NCBI GenBank assembly: GCA_964016885.1
Contig: OZ024752.1
Span: 1,054,001 to 1,118,000 of the forward strand
Length of the DNA: 64,000 nucleotides
Direction: 5' to 3'
Source of the DNA: Eledone cirrhosa
Lineage: Eukaryota
Under the pieces are notes generated by a model that saw only the letters and a list, made by a program, of their open reading frames with translations, was not told where the DNA came from and did no database searches. The translations under genes and the position numbers were made by a program. Of this stretch, positions 42,270 through 55,879 are shown in pieces. Position 1 is the stretch's first letter; each line of letters begins with the position of its first letter.

Positions 42270-44940
42270 CTACAGCCGCATGGCCAGAGTAGGCCCACTC
42301 ACACGGGCCATTCTCGCCACATTCACCCACCTTTCAGCAAATGTACTGGAGGGCAGGACTTCTCTCTCCACCCTCACCTTCCTTTCCAAGTGAAACTTCA
42401 AAAAGTTTGTGAGGGATTGGCCGAAGAGAAAAGTGTCTGTCTTCAGTCCTTTCTACCTTGTCCACCATACAACCTCTTTCGCTACTGCCACCAGACAGGA
42501 AAATTGCCTGCCCTCCTGGCCAAAAGAAGGCGGCGGGTCGATCTTCACTATGGACTCAGCCGATAGCCGGATCCGTTCTACACGCGACGACAACAGCTGT
42601 TCAACATAACTCCACAAGTCAGTAATGCACGGACACTGGACGAATTCGTGCAGAACGGTTTCGTCGCTCTGCGCGCATCTCGGGCAGGTCCGTCTGACAG
42701 CACTTTCGTGCCTGTAGAGTTTATCTCGAACCAGCAGTGCTCCCCGGTAGCACTGCCAAGCGAGTTATTTTTGGAAATTATCCATCGTCCCCGGCTCGAA
42801 AGTCCTCCAGTACAGACTGGTTAGTTCGACTTCGTTGACTCCCAGAGCCTCTCCGAGTGCGTCGTCGCACTTGCCCACCACTAATCCTCTGTAGAACTCG
42901 AGAGTGGAAGTTCCACTGACCGCATTGCCCGCCTGGTAGAGGGCAGTAAGTGCCTGGAAACATTCCAGATGCCAGTCACCCAGTCTCGGTCTCTTCTTGA
43001 CCCAGGACTGCAGCTCAGTCAAAGAAACGAGCTGCGGAAAGGCCCGTCTGACAAACGGCGACCACACCTGTTAGGCAGAATATCTGCCTGTTAGGCAGAA
43101 TATCTGGAGATGCCGGAGCCTCAGCGAGTGCCTGCGCATCATTAACCATGGCATGCCCAGCCCTCCACGTAGAGGGTGCTGGCAGCAGAGGTACCGCCTC
43201 ACCAGCGGAACCTGACCCCTCCACAAGAATTTGAAGAGGAGCCGCTCCAAGATGGCGAGGCGCGAACGGAGGCAAGGGACGACGGTCAGACGGTAGTAAA
43301 TGACGGACGCGATGTACGCGTTCGCCACCTCCGCCCGACCTTTCAGTGATAGCTTCCTCCCAGCCATTTCTGGGTGAGACTGGCTACCCTACCCGTCACC
43401 TCGTCCCAATTCTTATCCACCTGGAGGTCAGGCCCGAACCAAACCCCGAGCAACTTTACCGGTCTGTCCGTCCAGCGCCTAACGACGCTGTTGGACGGCA
43501 TGGACTTGCCTTTCCAGGTGCCGAGCTGCAAGCCCACCGACTTTTCCGGGCTAAGTTTTGCTCCCGTCAACATTTCATATTCCTCCAATAAGTTGCCGAT
43601 CACCTCGATTTCTGAGGTGTCCGACACCATCACGGTGATGTACTGGAGGGCAGGACTTCTCTCTCCACCCTCACCTTCCTTTCCAAGTGAAACTTCAAAA
43701 AGTTTGTGAGGGATTGGCCGAAGAGAAAAGTGTCTGTCTTCAGTCCTTTCTACCTTGTCCACCATAAGCCGACACAGCCTTTCCGCGTCCCGGTTCGAGC
43801 GGGATGCCCTGCAACAGCTCCAGCTTCCGCAGTTAAGGCTCGAGAGTCAATACGTACAGAAGGGAGGGGAGAGGGCACCCTTGACGGACCGATCGGGAGA
43901 GCTGAAACGGTTCCGAGAGGTGGCCATTAATTGTGACCACCGAGCAGGTGCCGTTGTGTATTTAAGGGATCCAGCTTCTGAAGACGGGGCCGAAGCCATC
44001 CGCATTAAAGGCAGCCTCCAGGTACCGATGGTCGACCCTATCGAATGCTTTCGATTGATCTAAATTGATCAGAGCCCCACCGAAGCCAGGTTTACACCCT
44101 ACCCTCTCTATGATGTATCGCATCAGGTGGAGGTTGTCGTGTATGGACCTGGTTGGGATTGCGCAAGTTTGCGCCTCCCCAAACAAATCCCCGACGACAA
44201 GCACCAACCTCTTCACTAACACCCTGGCCAAAATCTTAAACTCTGTGTTGAGCAGAGTTATGGGCCTGAAATTGTCTAATGTATCCCTCTTGTTCTCGTC
44301 TTTATTTATCAGCGTCACTACGCCCCGGCTCACAGAACTGGGAATGCTCCCTTCTGCTGCCAGTTGCAGTAGAGCGCTTCGAGGAGATTGGAGAACAAGT
44401 CTGGCATATTTACGTAAAGGTCGTAGGGCAGACCATCCAAACCGGGTGATTTGCGCCTCATGCAGCCGACAAGGGCATCCTGAATCTCGGCTGAAGTAAT
44501 CGGCCTTTCGCAGCGCTCAACGTCGGCCGTCGAGATTTGCGGCAAGCCATCGAGGTAGGGACTGAAGTCCGCCACCGCCTCTGACCCACCACTTCCCCCG
44601 AACAACCTAGCAAAATGTTGGCGAAAGACCTCACACATCCGCTTGGAATCGCTCAGCTCGTGCCCATCTCGGTCCGTCAAAGATCGAATCGTGGTTTTAT
44701 TACCACGAGCGCCTCCGCCACGCGGGCCCACCGAACAGCTTTGGTTCCCTCGTTTCTCAGAGCACGCGCCTTAGCTCTGACAATGCAACCTTCGTGTTTC
44801 GCATTGAACAAATGGTCTAATGCCATTCTCACCGCTACCACGTTAGTTGCAATGCCACGACAAATAGCCTCGTCTAACTTATCTACCGACCCCCCTCCTT
44901 TCTATTTTTCTCTAATGCTACTTCTTTGCTAAACTCTATC
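42270..44940 (-). pseudogene. LINE ORF2 reverse transcriptase and C-terminal region, frameshifted
   Basis: KSPGLDGLPYDLY, FRPITLLN, DQSKAFDRVDH, KLLGVWFG, LSLKGR, GGLGMP across consecutive ORF fragments. YADD is disrupted by an insertion. Confidence 0.9.
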
Positions 44941-44944
44941 GACA

Positions 44945-45817
44945 TTACCCTAATCTCTCTTTTGAGAGCCCCCCCCCCCATCTGTTGTTGACGACTCCCC
45001 CTGTCAACTTTTTCTTAACTAAATTGTTGACCTGGTCCCTGTAAGCCTTACGAGCCGGAAATGACATGTTCAGCTTCCAGTAACCAGGTTCTAATCTACG
45101 CGTCTTATCTAGGTCGACCATACAGATCACAAACTTGTGATCTGAATAGGCGACCGTTTTAAAACGTGGACAGCTTACACTATTTCTGTCTATTTTCCTA
45201 ATGAATATCCTGTCTATATACGATCTAGATGACCCTATGCGGTTAACGCAGGTCCACACTGGCACATTAGGGAAATATAGTCGGTACCTGTCAGACAGTT
45301 GGAACTGGCTGATCAGGTTCTTGAGGCTTTTGCACACCCCGCTCCTATCGGATACTTCCACACTGTCCCAGCGTGCGTCTAAGATGTCGTTCCAGTCCCC
45401 CGCTAACAGTAAAGGGCGAGACGTACCCAGAAAGGATTCCAGGGGTCTAAAGAAGTCCAGCCGTCCTGCTCCAGTAGGGGTGTAGGCGGCCATCAGTCTA
45501 AAGACACCACCTTCGTTATTATTCACGTCGAGGACCACAAACTTCCCGTCCGGGTCCCGAAAGATCGACCTTACCTCGAGATCCAGGCCTTTCCTAAACA
45601 ACACTGCCAGCCCACCTCCCATTCCCGGCCGACTAACGGATGCAAAGATTTGATAGTCGTCGAAAATGGGGGCTAGTGCGCGCGTGTCGGAAATCCTGGT
45701 CTCGCTGACGGCAATTACATCCATTTCTAGAGACCTGAGGTCGTTGAGCAGGTGACACTGCTTCCAGGACGATCCCAGGCCTCGAACATTTAAACATCCT
45801 ACTCTTAATACGGCCAT
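44945..45817 (-). pseudogene. LINE ORF2 N-terminus: apurinic-like endonuclease
   Basis: Motifs LNVRGL, VSET, AGDWN, SYIDRIF, YSDH, GYWKLN. Confidence 0.92.
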
Positions 45818-47274
45818 GTTGGCAGGTTAAAAGAGAGAGAGAGAGGAATGGTTTACTTACTTTCCGGGCTCTAGTGAAGGTCGGGTGGTTCGACCTCCAT
45901 AGTTGGTGGGGTTTCTTTTGGGAACCCCTTTAAAAGTCTTGAAGTGGGTTTTACGTTAGGGGTTCCCACGTCCCGAGGAAAGCTGTCTCGTATCTCTTTG
46001 TATAAATCGAGCGACATTCGCACCAGAAACAAATCTTCCGGCACGCGAAATGTGCTCGATTTAATAAATTTCCCCCTCTTTTTGTATATTTTCACTTCGT
46101 GCTACGAGGGCCATCAGTTCCTTGTTGGCCCTCCTGACGAGCACGAAGTTTTGTATGTTTTGTTGGTGTGATATTATTTGTTTGCGTGGCTCTGGTGGTG
46201 ATGGTTTTGGTAGTGTTGTTCCGGTTGTGTCTGTGTTTGTTGTCAGTGCCGCGTCTGTGGTTTCAGATGTTTGTGTGTGTATTTGTGCTTGCGTCTGTTT
46301 AGGTTGTTTGCGTTTGGGGGATTGGTGATGGTGATGGTGGTGTTGATGTTGGTGTTATTGGAGAGATGTTTGCGTGGGTGGTGTCTGCATTTTTTATTGT
46401 AGGTGATTTTGTGCTTTGTTAAGTTTTCTTTTTGTGTTTCTTTTTTTGTATTTTGGAGGATTTTTGTTTCCCCTCATCTTCACAACTGGTAGATGAAGAG
46501 TATGTGTCTGTAAGTGTGTCTGTGTGTGTGTTTATGTTTTTATTGATGTGTGTATTTTTGGGGGGAGGGGGAATTTGACAACTTTCCTCGTTTCCCCCCT
46601 GGGTGGTCAATGTTGGTGGTGGTCTTTCTATTGGTGTTGTTGTTGGTGGTTTTGCCGGTGCTGGTGTTGGTTGTGGTCCTCTCCCCGGCCTCGGGAGCAG
46701 TGGAGCCCTTCGACCCCGTGCACCTTTCAGCAGTTGAGGTCAGAAGGCTCACACATGGCTTTTTTCCCCACAAACAAAACAGTGTGGCCTTTTGCCCTCG
46801 GTCATAATATGAATGACCGTCCCATTCTGAAGGTGGATGTGGTCCGGGATTGTCTTCACATTTCGGGCCTGATCTGGAGAAGGATTTCCAGGTCAACCCC
46901 GGACCTGTCCTCTCTGGCCGTTCTTGTCACTTCTATCGGGACGGTATCCGTCCCCTCCACAATCACACATCCCAGAAGCCACCACATGTCAAGTCCTGGT
47001 GGGATTCTGGGAATGCGGACACGGGCCGATCTTTTTCCCATGTGGGCGGGGTACATTATGACCTTGCTGGTTTTACAAGGAGTCATAGCGTGTACAGCAA
47101 CGTGTACAGCAACTTGTACAGCACCGAAATGGTGCCGTACTGTTGCCCCTCGCTATGTACTCGGTGTCATATCTGATGCACCGCAGCGCGACTTGGACAT
47201 CTGCTTGTGGAATTAAAGCTGCCCTTTTGGTTTGTGCTGAGATGCATCTATAATGCACCGTTCGCGCAGAATAT

Positions 47275-47485
47275 CAATAATAATGGTGATGAGTAATTTT
47301 ATTGATTAAGATGATACATGGGTTTGGGGACAATACAAAGGAGGAAAATAAACACAAAGTGAGGTTTACATCGAGCAAAGGAAAAGAGCTATCAACAAAG
47401 AGAAAGCGGTGTAGTAATGATTTATTTTATTAGCCACAAGTACCCAATGAATAGATTAACAAAAGGTAGGGGTTTTATCCAGTTA
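47275..47485 (-). mobile_element. Two degenerate Tx1 3'-end fragments
   Basis: GGGGACAATACAAA and TGATTTATTTTATTAGCCACAAG resemble 42004-42075. Confidence 0.5.
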
Positions 47486-47554
47486 CTGAAGATAATACAG
47501 TAGATAAAACAATAACAGAAATTATAAAACATATTCATGGAAATTATAAAACAT

Positions 47555-47742
47555 ATTGGTTTCTCATTTAGACACAAGTCCAGCAATTTTGAGGGAGGAG
47601 AAAGTTGATTGAATCGACCCCAGTGCGTTACTTTTACTTCATTTTATCGACCCCGTAAGGACGAGAGGCAAAGTTGATCTCGATGAGCTTTGAACTCAGA
47701 ACTTAAATCGCCGCAACCGACACTCTAATGGTTCTGCCAACC
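47555..47742 (-). mobile_element. Meta-domain SINE, diverged
   Basis: TTTTATCGACCCCGTAAGGACGAGAGGCAAAGTTGA...TTTGAACTCAGA. Confidence 0.85.
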
Positions 47743-48409
47743 TAATTGGAAATATTAACACATATCAACCTGAAGCAGTTCTCCAATTAGGGTGGACTGC
47801 ATTTCAGGGCAATTCCATGATGACCTCAGTAAACCCCAGATTATTGTGACCTCATGGGCATTCAAAATCTATCTCGATTTCTTTCCCCTACTTCGAAAAG
47901 CATAGTCAGAGTGATACGATTCAGCCTCGTAATTTGTCACCCTCATAATTCTTCATAAAACAACATAGAAGTCAGCACTCCTCATACCTCACCTTTATTC
48001 CCCAAGTGCAGCATGAAGAGCATGCTGAAGGCTTGGCCGGAATGGAAAAGTTCTGCCTTCAAAACTTTTAAATGAATCCAGCATACAGAATTCTTCATTA
48101 TAGTTACCGTGTAGAGGAAAACTTGCAGACGCCTCTCTTCCAATAGAAATTGCTGGTTCAATCTTCGGTACAGAACCGGCCAGATGTCTTAAACATGATA
48201 ATGAAAATAATAGTTATAAACAGTGCAGATAACAATACAAAATTATAATAAAAGTCAACTAGGAAATGAACGTGGATAGGAAGAGAAGATCACTTCCATA
48301 TCTTTTTCTCCCTATAAGACCTCGAGAACCTACCTGAGTTGACTGAAGGCTAAACAACAAAAAAAAAACAAACAACAAATAGACAGCGAATACTAAAACA
48401 GATTTTAAA

Positions 48410-48599
48410 GGTGGATTGGCAGTATCGGTAGAGAGTCGGATACCATGCTTCCCAGCATAGAGTTACGTCCCTTTATGATCTGAGTTCAAATCCCGCCGAG
48501 GTTCACTTTGCCTTTCATCCTTACGGGGTCGATAAAATAAAGTACCAATAATACACTGGGTAATTGCTGGCCTTGTGCTAAAAAGTAGAAACAATTATT
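48410..48599 (+). mobile_element. Meta-domain SINE, full length
   Basis: Head, B box, central domain and tail all present. Confidence 0.92.
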
Positions 48600-49710
48600 T
48601 CACAAGATACAAACAGAAAAAGAGTGAAAAGAAGATAAGATTATTGTCGGTTTCTTATTTAAACAATCCAAGTAAGCTTCCTTTATACATTATACATGAT
48701 CGAAAAGTACAAATACTATTCATTTATACCCCCTTGTGATGTTAGATCTGTAAAAGGACACAGGTTTTAGGAAATTGATATTTTGTACAAAAGAATAGAC
48801 ATGGCATTCCAGTACATGCTATCGTTTTAGATTTTCTTTTGTCAAACAGATACATTAACTGCCTTAAACCTTATCCAACATGCAGACCTTCTATTAGCGA
48901 CACACCATGTAATTTATTGCGCATTACACGGTTCAGATGCGCTGACTCATTGATTTCCTCCATCATCACGGATTCAAATTCAGACATTAATTTTTCGACC
49001 CAAATGCACACATATATGCCGTAAGCTATTTATGCATATAGATGTACATTCACACACACGTACACACACACACACACACACACACACCCACACACACCCA
49101 CACACACACGCACATACACATACATATAGATGTATGAACGCATGTATAAATATTCGCAGATATACGCATACACACTCACATGTACGTAAAGCTTGGCACT
49201 ACATATGCGTAGATAAACAAATGCACAACTGTCTTCGTCTGTTAATAGTATCACGTGTTACTCTTTACTGCCCGCGGACATTTAGGTTTTGTTGTTAACA
49301 TCTACAAGAAGCATTTCTGCACATTTTATATTTGCTCTTTCAATCAGAAACCCCTAAGCAAATTAATAGGAATGCTGAAATGAAATGATACCGTCAAATA
49401 TTGTGTGAATTGCTCTAATTCGGTTACACGCTTCTTAGTCAGAAACAAGTCTCATGTAAAATTAATTTCTGTGATCCATTTAAGTAGGAGTTAGTACAGA
49501 TGGTAGAATAGGTTGAAACGTATTGTTGCATAGACGAAGTAGATAGAATATTTTATCGCGTTGTAGTACTTGAGCAAATAATTCAAAATCATAGGAGACA
49601 ACGAGGGACCTTTACTGTGCTAGCTTGACATGTTAGAAATAGCAGACAAATCTCCTTTCAATCACACAAGTAAAGTAATTTAATAAAGAGCATGTTATTT
49701 AATGAAGTAT

Positions 49711-49841
<131 letters not shown>

Positions 49842-49973
49842 TAGTTGATATGAGAGTTATCTCCTCTGATAATGTACTAAGATTTTAACACACCCAAGGA
49901 AGTACACGTTTTCATACTCTAAGGATTATATCACATATATATATATATATATGAATATATATAAGTGTGTGTG

Positions 49974-50033
<60 letters not shown>

Positions 50034-50268
50034 AAAAAAACGAGGGAGAGATGCAATCAAAAAGTAGCATAAGAATATAATATCTTTACATAAAAAATAA
50101 GCCACGATTATAAAAAGTATTACTACACATTTCTCGTTGCTTAGACACGCTAAATAGTACACGCTAACATTTATGGAATTAATCAATTTTGTAATGTAAT
50201 TATTTCGTTGGGAGTCAAACATTATTATTATTGTGCCAAAAGTAGAAACAATTATTATTATTGTTATT

Positions 50269-51789
50269 ATTTCAGGCCCATAACTCTGCTCAACACAGAG
50301 TTTAAGATTTTGGCCAAGGTAAAGAGATTGGCGCTTGTCGTCGAGGATTTTGTTGGGGAGGCGCAAACTTGCGCAATCCCAGCCAGGTCCAAACACGATA
50401 ATCTCCACTTCATGCGATACATCATAGATAGGGTAGGGTGTAAACCTGGCTTCGGTGGGACACTGATCAATCTAGATCAATCGAAAGCATTCGATAGGGT
50501 CGACCATCGGTATCTGGAGTTTGTCCTCAAAGCAGCTGGCTTCGGCCCTGTCTTCAGAAGCTGGATCGCTGCAATGCACAGCGGCACACGCTCGGTGGTC
50601 AAGGTTAATGGCCACCTCTCAGAACCATTTCGGCTCTCCCGATCGGTCCGTCAAGGGTGCCCTCTCTCCTTCCTTCTGTACGTATTGACTCTCGAGCCTT
50701 TACTGCGGAAGCTGGAGCTGTTGCAGGGCATCCCGCTCGAACAGGGACGTGGAAAGGCGGTGTCGGCTTATGCGGACGACATCACCGTGATGGTGTCGTA
50801 CACTTCAGAAATCAAGGTGGTCGGCACCTTATTGAAGGAATATGAAAGGTTGACAGGAGCCAAACTTAACCCGGAAAAGTCGGTGGGCTTGCAGCTTGGA
50901 GTTGCAAGCCTATGCCGTCCAACAGCGTCGTGGGGCGCTGGACGGACGGACCGGTAAAGTTGCTCGGGGGTTTGGTTCGGACCAGACCTCCAGGTGGAAA
51001 ATAATTGGGACGAGGTAATGAGCAGATTAGCCAGTCTCACTCCAAAATGGGCTGGGAGGAAGCTATCACTGAATGGTCGAGAGGAGGTGGCGAATGCGTA
51101 CATCACGTCCGTCATCTACTACCGCCTGACCGTCGTGCCTTTCCCCCGTCCGCGCCTCGTCAACTTGGAACGGCTCCTCTTCAAATTCTTGTGGAAAGGA
51201 CAAGTTCTGTTGGTGAGGCGCACCCTCTACGCGGAGGGATGGGAATGCGGTGGCTAATGAAGCGCAGACATGCGCTGAGGCTGCGACATCTCCAGATATT
51301 CTGCCTAAACGGTGAACAGGTGTGGTCACCGTTTATCAGACGGGCCTTTCCGCAGCTTGTTTCTTTGACTGAGCTGCAATCCTGGGTCAAGAAGAGACCG
51401 AGACTGGGTGACTGGCACTGGAAAGGAAGGTGAGAGGTGGATAAATGTGGCGAGAATGGCCCGTGTGAATTGGCCTACTCTGACCATGCGCCTATAGGCT
51501 AGCTAACTTGAGGAGAGGGGTGCTCTCCCTGGGTTTCCCAGAAGCGCAGTGTGGTTCAGGATTGGTGGGGTACGTGAGTCACCCCGGGGACGTCCACCCC
51601 CTAGAGGGGAATTTATTTTGTTATATTTATGCATAGTTTATTTTATATTTTTATATCTTCATTGTTAAATTAGTCTTGAACTTGTGCACTTTTACTCGAC
51701 CTTATTGTAAAACCCCACTGTCTCTGTCTTTGTATTGTCCCCTACATGTCGGCCCTTGTGGCTAATAAATTAAATCATTATTATTATTG
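50269..51789 (+). mobile_element. 5'-truncated Tx1-clade LINE with internal deletion
   Basis: RT motifs FRPITLLN, DQSKAFDRVDH, VRQGCPLS, AYADD. It jumps at ~51420 to the ORF end. The 3' UTR ends in an AATAAA/(ATT)n tail. Same family as 41995-47270. Confidence 0.93.
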
Positions 51790-51797
51790 ATATCATG

Positions 51798-51953
51798 CGG
51801 TGGATTGGCAGTATCAGTAGAGGGTCGGACGCCATGCTTTCTAGCATAGTTACATCCCTTTACGATCTGAGTTCAAATCCCGCTGCGGTTGACTTTGCCT
51901 TTCAGCCTTACGGGGTCGATAAAATAAAATACCAGTAATGCACTGGATAATTG
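51798..51953 (+). mobile_element. Meta-domain SINE inserted in the Tx1 tail, with TSD
   Basis: Flanked by TTATTATTATTGATATCATGC on both sides. Confidence 0.9.
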
Positions 51954-52380
51954 TTATTATTATTATTGATATCATGCAAATATTGCAAACATAGAAATGT
52001 CGATGCTGTTTTAATTAATTTTACATTAACTCCATAAGTATTTTTATGAGAGAAATTCATTTCATTATTTCAAATAATTACCTTGACATTTGAAAGAAAA
52101 AAAAATACAAAATCACTGACACTGCTAGTATGCAAAATTACCTAAAACCCATCTTGACAAATGGATATTTTAAAACACACTTAATGTCATTTAATTCTGT
52201 AGTATCTATCTATCTCAACATTTTTGCCAAAATCACATATCCAGGAGTTATAAATCTTGATATATTTTCCATACAACATTCAATTATGTTATGCTTTACT
52301 CATTTCATTATATTGCATTGAAATTTGAAGGTATTCTATTTCATCGAGTTCCTTTCTAAGATTATTATTAAAGTTGACGT

Positions 52381-52643
52381 TAAGGTAAAGTCTGTCTCGA
52401 GCCCGAAGGCGCGTCAGGCCGGTGCCTATCTCGGTTTTCTTGGCATGAAGCGATTGAGAGTCCAAGACTACCCACACCTGGACTGGACGCCAGTCCATCA
52501 CACGGCGAATCCCCAGCTATTTCTGGTATTAATTTTAGCTGAGTATACTGGAGCAACGCGAAATGAAGTGTTTTGCCCAAGAACACAAAACACAACCCAG
52601 TACAGGAATTGAAGCCACGACATCGCGATCGTAAGTCCAACAG
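52381..52643 (-). mobile_element. tRNA-derived SINE, second family (V-domain-like centre)
   Basis: Minus strand: B box, GTTCTTGGGCAAAACAC, then GATGGACTGGCGTCCAGTCCAGG, which resembles the V-SINE core (recalled). Ends in a CTTTAC tail. Confidence 0.75.
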
Positions 52644-52644
52644 C

Positions 52645-52825
52645 TTGGCAGTATCGGTAGAGGGTCGGAGACCATGTTTCCAGCATAGTTACGTCCCTTT
52701 ACGGTCTGAGTTCAAATCCTGTCGAGGTTAATTTTGCCTTTCAACCTTACGCGGTCGATAAAATAAAGTACCAGTAATGTACTGGTTAATTGCTGGCCTT
52801 GTGCCAAAAGTAGAAACAATTATTA
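52645..52825 (+). mobile_element. Meta-domain SINE
   Basis: Near full-length match. Confidence 0.92.
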
Positions 52826-53136
52826 TACAGAAAATATATTCCCGATACACACAAAATATTTATCCCTATCACTAATATTCTTTACACTCTGCAGTTAACT
52901 TCATTGTTAATTCCGAAGGCTATGCTCTGTATTTTTATAACTTGTACACACAATATTCTAGTATTTGTATTTCTTCATCATTTTAGTTGGCTTGTATAAA
53001 TCCCTGTTGGTCTTCTGAAAAATGAACTTTTAACTTAAACGATAACCTACCATAATCTTAACTGGGTGATAAACAATTACAGTATTGTGAATTATCTTTA
53101 TGAAATATATATATATATATATATACTATATATATA

Positions 53137-53446
53137 GAGTTATAAACTCAAACAGTCTTTTACAATTAATTAGCTCAAAGAAAGAAGTATTTCTGAGCCG
53201 TGAAATACAAGTTAATATAAATTAATATATATGATAAACACTAATACAATCATATAAGTGTTTGTATTGCAAATGACCAAGTTAGCTAGATTGAAAAATA
53301 CTAATTAGATTAATACAGTTTGCCTGTCTCGATTTAAAATAATAAATTAGTATTTTTCAATCTAGCTAACTTGGTCATTTGCAATACAAACACTTATATG
53401 ATTGTATTAGTGTTTATCATATATATTAATTTATATTAACTTGTAT
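53137..53446. mobile_element. Perfect ~100 bp inverted repeat plus unique tail between TA tracts (no HHR seen)
   Basis: 53205-53306 is mirrored at 53345-53446 with a ~38 bp spacer. Confidence 0.75.
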
Positions 53447-53560
53447 ATATATATATATATATATTTATTCATTTATTAACATATGTATGCATGTATATGT
53501 GTATGTGTGCACAAACATACAAAACACACGCATACAGACATCTATATATATTTATATATG

Positions 53561-53601
<41 letters not shown>

Positions 53602-53784
53602 TAGTACACAAGTGGAACCGATTTTCGTGTTTAGAAATTCAGTGAATTTCTATTTGTTTTATCTTCTTTATCAATATTCTAAAATTCATTTGACTTTTGT
53701 ACAGTTTGTTCAGGAAATGAACGTTCCTAAATACATCATCAGCGTGGCTATACCTGCATAATCTCATCTGCAATATGAAGGCCG

Positions 53785-53932
53785 GTGCTTTGCAGCATAG
53801 AGGTATGGCCCTTTACGTACTGAGTTCAAATCCCGCCGAGGTTAGCTTTGCCTTTCATCCTTACGGGATCGATAAAATAAAACACAAGTAAGGCACTGGG
53901 ATAATGCTGGCCTTGTGCCAAAAGTCGAAATA
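53785..53932 (+). mobile_element. Meta-domain SINE, partial
   Basis: B box, central domain and tail present. Confidence 0.88.
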
Positions 53933-54956
53933 TGAAGTTAACTTAGCGGGCCCCTTTACTATGTTATTGGAGGTGGAGCTTATGTCATTAACCTAGGTAG
54001 ATCTATGCATAGCTCCACAATAAGTAGAAAGACTTATTTCCGAGCCAAGCTTTGTAAACCCTATTATTTGTTCGGTAGACTTCCAGCTCCACACAAAGCC
54101 GCTTTCCCCCCGCAACTGAATCAGAAACTATCGATCTGAACACTCTCAACTCCGTTTCAACGCCCTCAGTTGACTAAGGGATTTTTTGAATTTGGATACA
54201 TTAGTATCCTGAAAGCTGCTCCTGAATTCCTTGTCTGCCAGCGCTTCACAATTCATCCTATAGGTCGAGCTGTTCCTTCAGGTTTTGTGAGCTCTCTTGA
54301 CTTTAGGTAGTCTCCGTTAACTGCTCAGCCCCTCGTTCAACACGAGCAGCTAGCACAGAATCGATGAGGTCAGATAAAATAACAGTCACCACTTAGTTTC
54401 AAGAAACTCAGGTTTTGCAAGAAATTTTCTGAATGTTGGTGCAATGCTATCCGCACAACTGACCCTGAGCTCATTGGCATGCATTTCCAATTATCCTGTA
54501 GATCGAGCGGTACCTGGTAGTTGTGTGGTTTTCCTTGAATTTATGGAAACTCATGATGCAGATCCCTGGACAGATTTACGAGCAGATGCAACCGGTAGGA
54601 GATTCAGAGTTAGAAATTGAGCAAGATGGTTGGATGTTTGGTCTCACTTAAGGATCCATCGGTATCAGTTAGGGATGGTTGCTTCTGATAGGATCCTCTG
54701 AAAGGTATGTTTGAATACTCTTCCCCCTTGACCCTCTCAGGAATATGTTGGCAACGAAGAAGAATACTTATCTTTAACCAGGTACTTTGTGGCAGTCATA
54801 AGCTGTTTGTGTATTTCATTTCACGACGAAATAACAATAGTATAATCTCTATTTAGAAGAACATTTATAAACTGTTTCAGGAACGATTCACTAGATAGAC
54901 ACTTCTGAAACTATTACGAAGAACAATTAACAGCGGATATTCTAACAAAGTAACAG

Positions 54957-55030
54957 ATAATTGTTTCTACTTTTGGCACCAGGCCAGCAATAATCCCAGT
55001 GTATTACTGGTACTTTATTTTATCGACCCG
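54957..55030 (-). mobile_element. SINE 3' fragment with TSD
   Basis: Flanked by AGTAACAGATAAT on both sides. Confidence 0.85.
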
Positions 55031-55182
55031 TCAGTAACAGATAATGTCATTGAAAAATACAAGACAAAAGTGTTAATATATATTAGATACTACACACATT
55101 AATTACACAAACCACACGTAAAATGTATTAAATGAATTAAAGGATATTAACTATGAAATCGTTGAACGCATTATCTAATTAT

Positions 55183-55873
55183 CGAAACCATAAGAATATA
55201 TAAGATAGAATTACGAATTAATACCGTTTTCTCTACATCACACCACCGTATATACTCCGTAAAACAGAACATAAATGCATTATACCAGTTCATAAACTAA
55301 CACGAATAAATACTTTGAAACATTAGAATATGTATACATTCTAATAATCAATGTTATTTACAAAGTAGAATGGCTATGCAAAACTTCATGAATCCAACTG
55401 TTACGCTGGTTCACCGTTGACCTAAAACAAAGACCGATTGCAATGGACATAAAATAACACAAAATATAACAAATAGAATACATTCGTAGATAGCACATAA
55501 ATACTTTACATAATTCCTCACAATTATAGACAATTAATGATGAAAGCGATTCTTAAAGCGCAGCGTATTGCTAAAAAAAAGCAAATAACATAATAGTAAC
55601 GAACAAAAATGAACATTTAACTGTTGACTTACAAATATAACGTACACATATCATATTTCAGTGCTAACATTCATATAAATTTCATTGGCATTGTGTATAA
55701 TAAAGAGGTAGATATATATGCAAACCTCACCGTAGATTAGAAATTTCGATACTAGACATAGGACCATTACTACTCCAAACAAACTGCATCGAAACCATAA
55801 GAATATATAAGATAGATGACAACATTTACGAATTAATACCGTTTTCTCTACATCACACCACCGTATATACTCC
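55183..55873. repeat. ~75-85 bp direct repeat, copies ~600 bp apart
   Basis: CGAAACCATAAGAATATATAAGATAGA...TTACGAATTAATACCGTTTTCTCTACATCACACCACCGTATATACTCC at ~55183 and ~55790. Confidence 0.85.
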
Positions 55874-55879
55874 ATATTT

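Larger units (their letters stand above)
41995..47270 (-). mobile_element. Near full-length decayed Tx1/L1-clade LINE
   Basis: ORF1 remnant with zinc knuckle CFVCGEKSHV*AF* (~46740-46785). APE endonuclease, RT fragments (FRPITLLNTEFKILA, LDQSKAFDRVDH), C-terminal Cys/His motif and (ATT)n tail. Many frameshifts. Confidence 0.93.

Noticed and set aside
53690-53745. Minus-strand CUGAUGA (similar lone heptamers near 8567, 59416 and 60341)
   Set aside because: No GAAA/NUH in hammerhead geometry. Expected chance hits.
53990-54760. GC-richer segment possibly coding (similarly 47770-48180, 58530-58900 and 59430-59830)
   Set aside because: No sustained ORF or recognisable motif. Probably old transposon debris that cannot be classified by eye.
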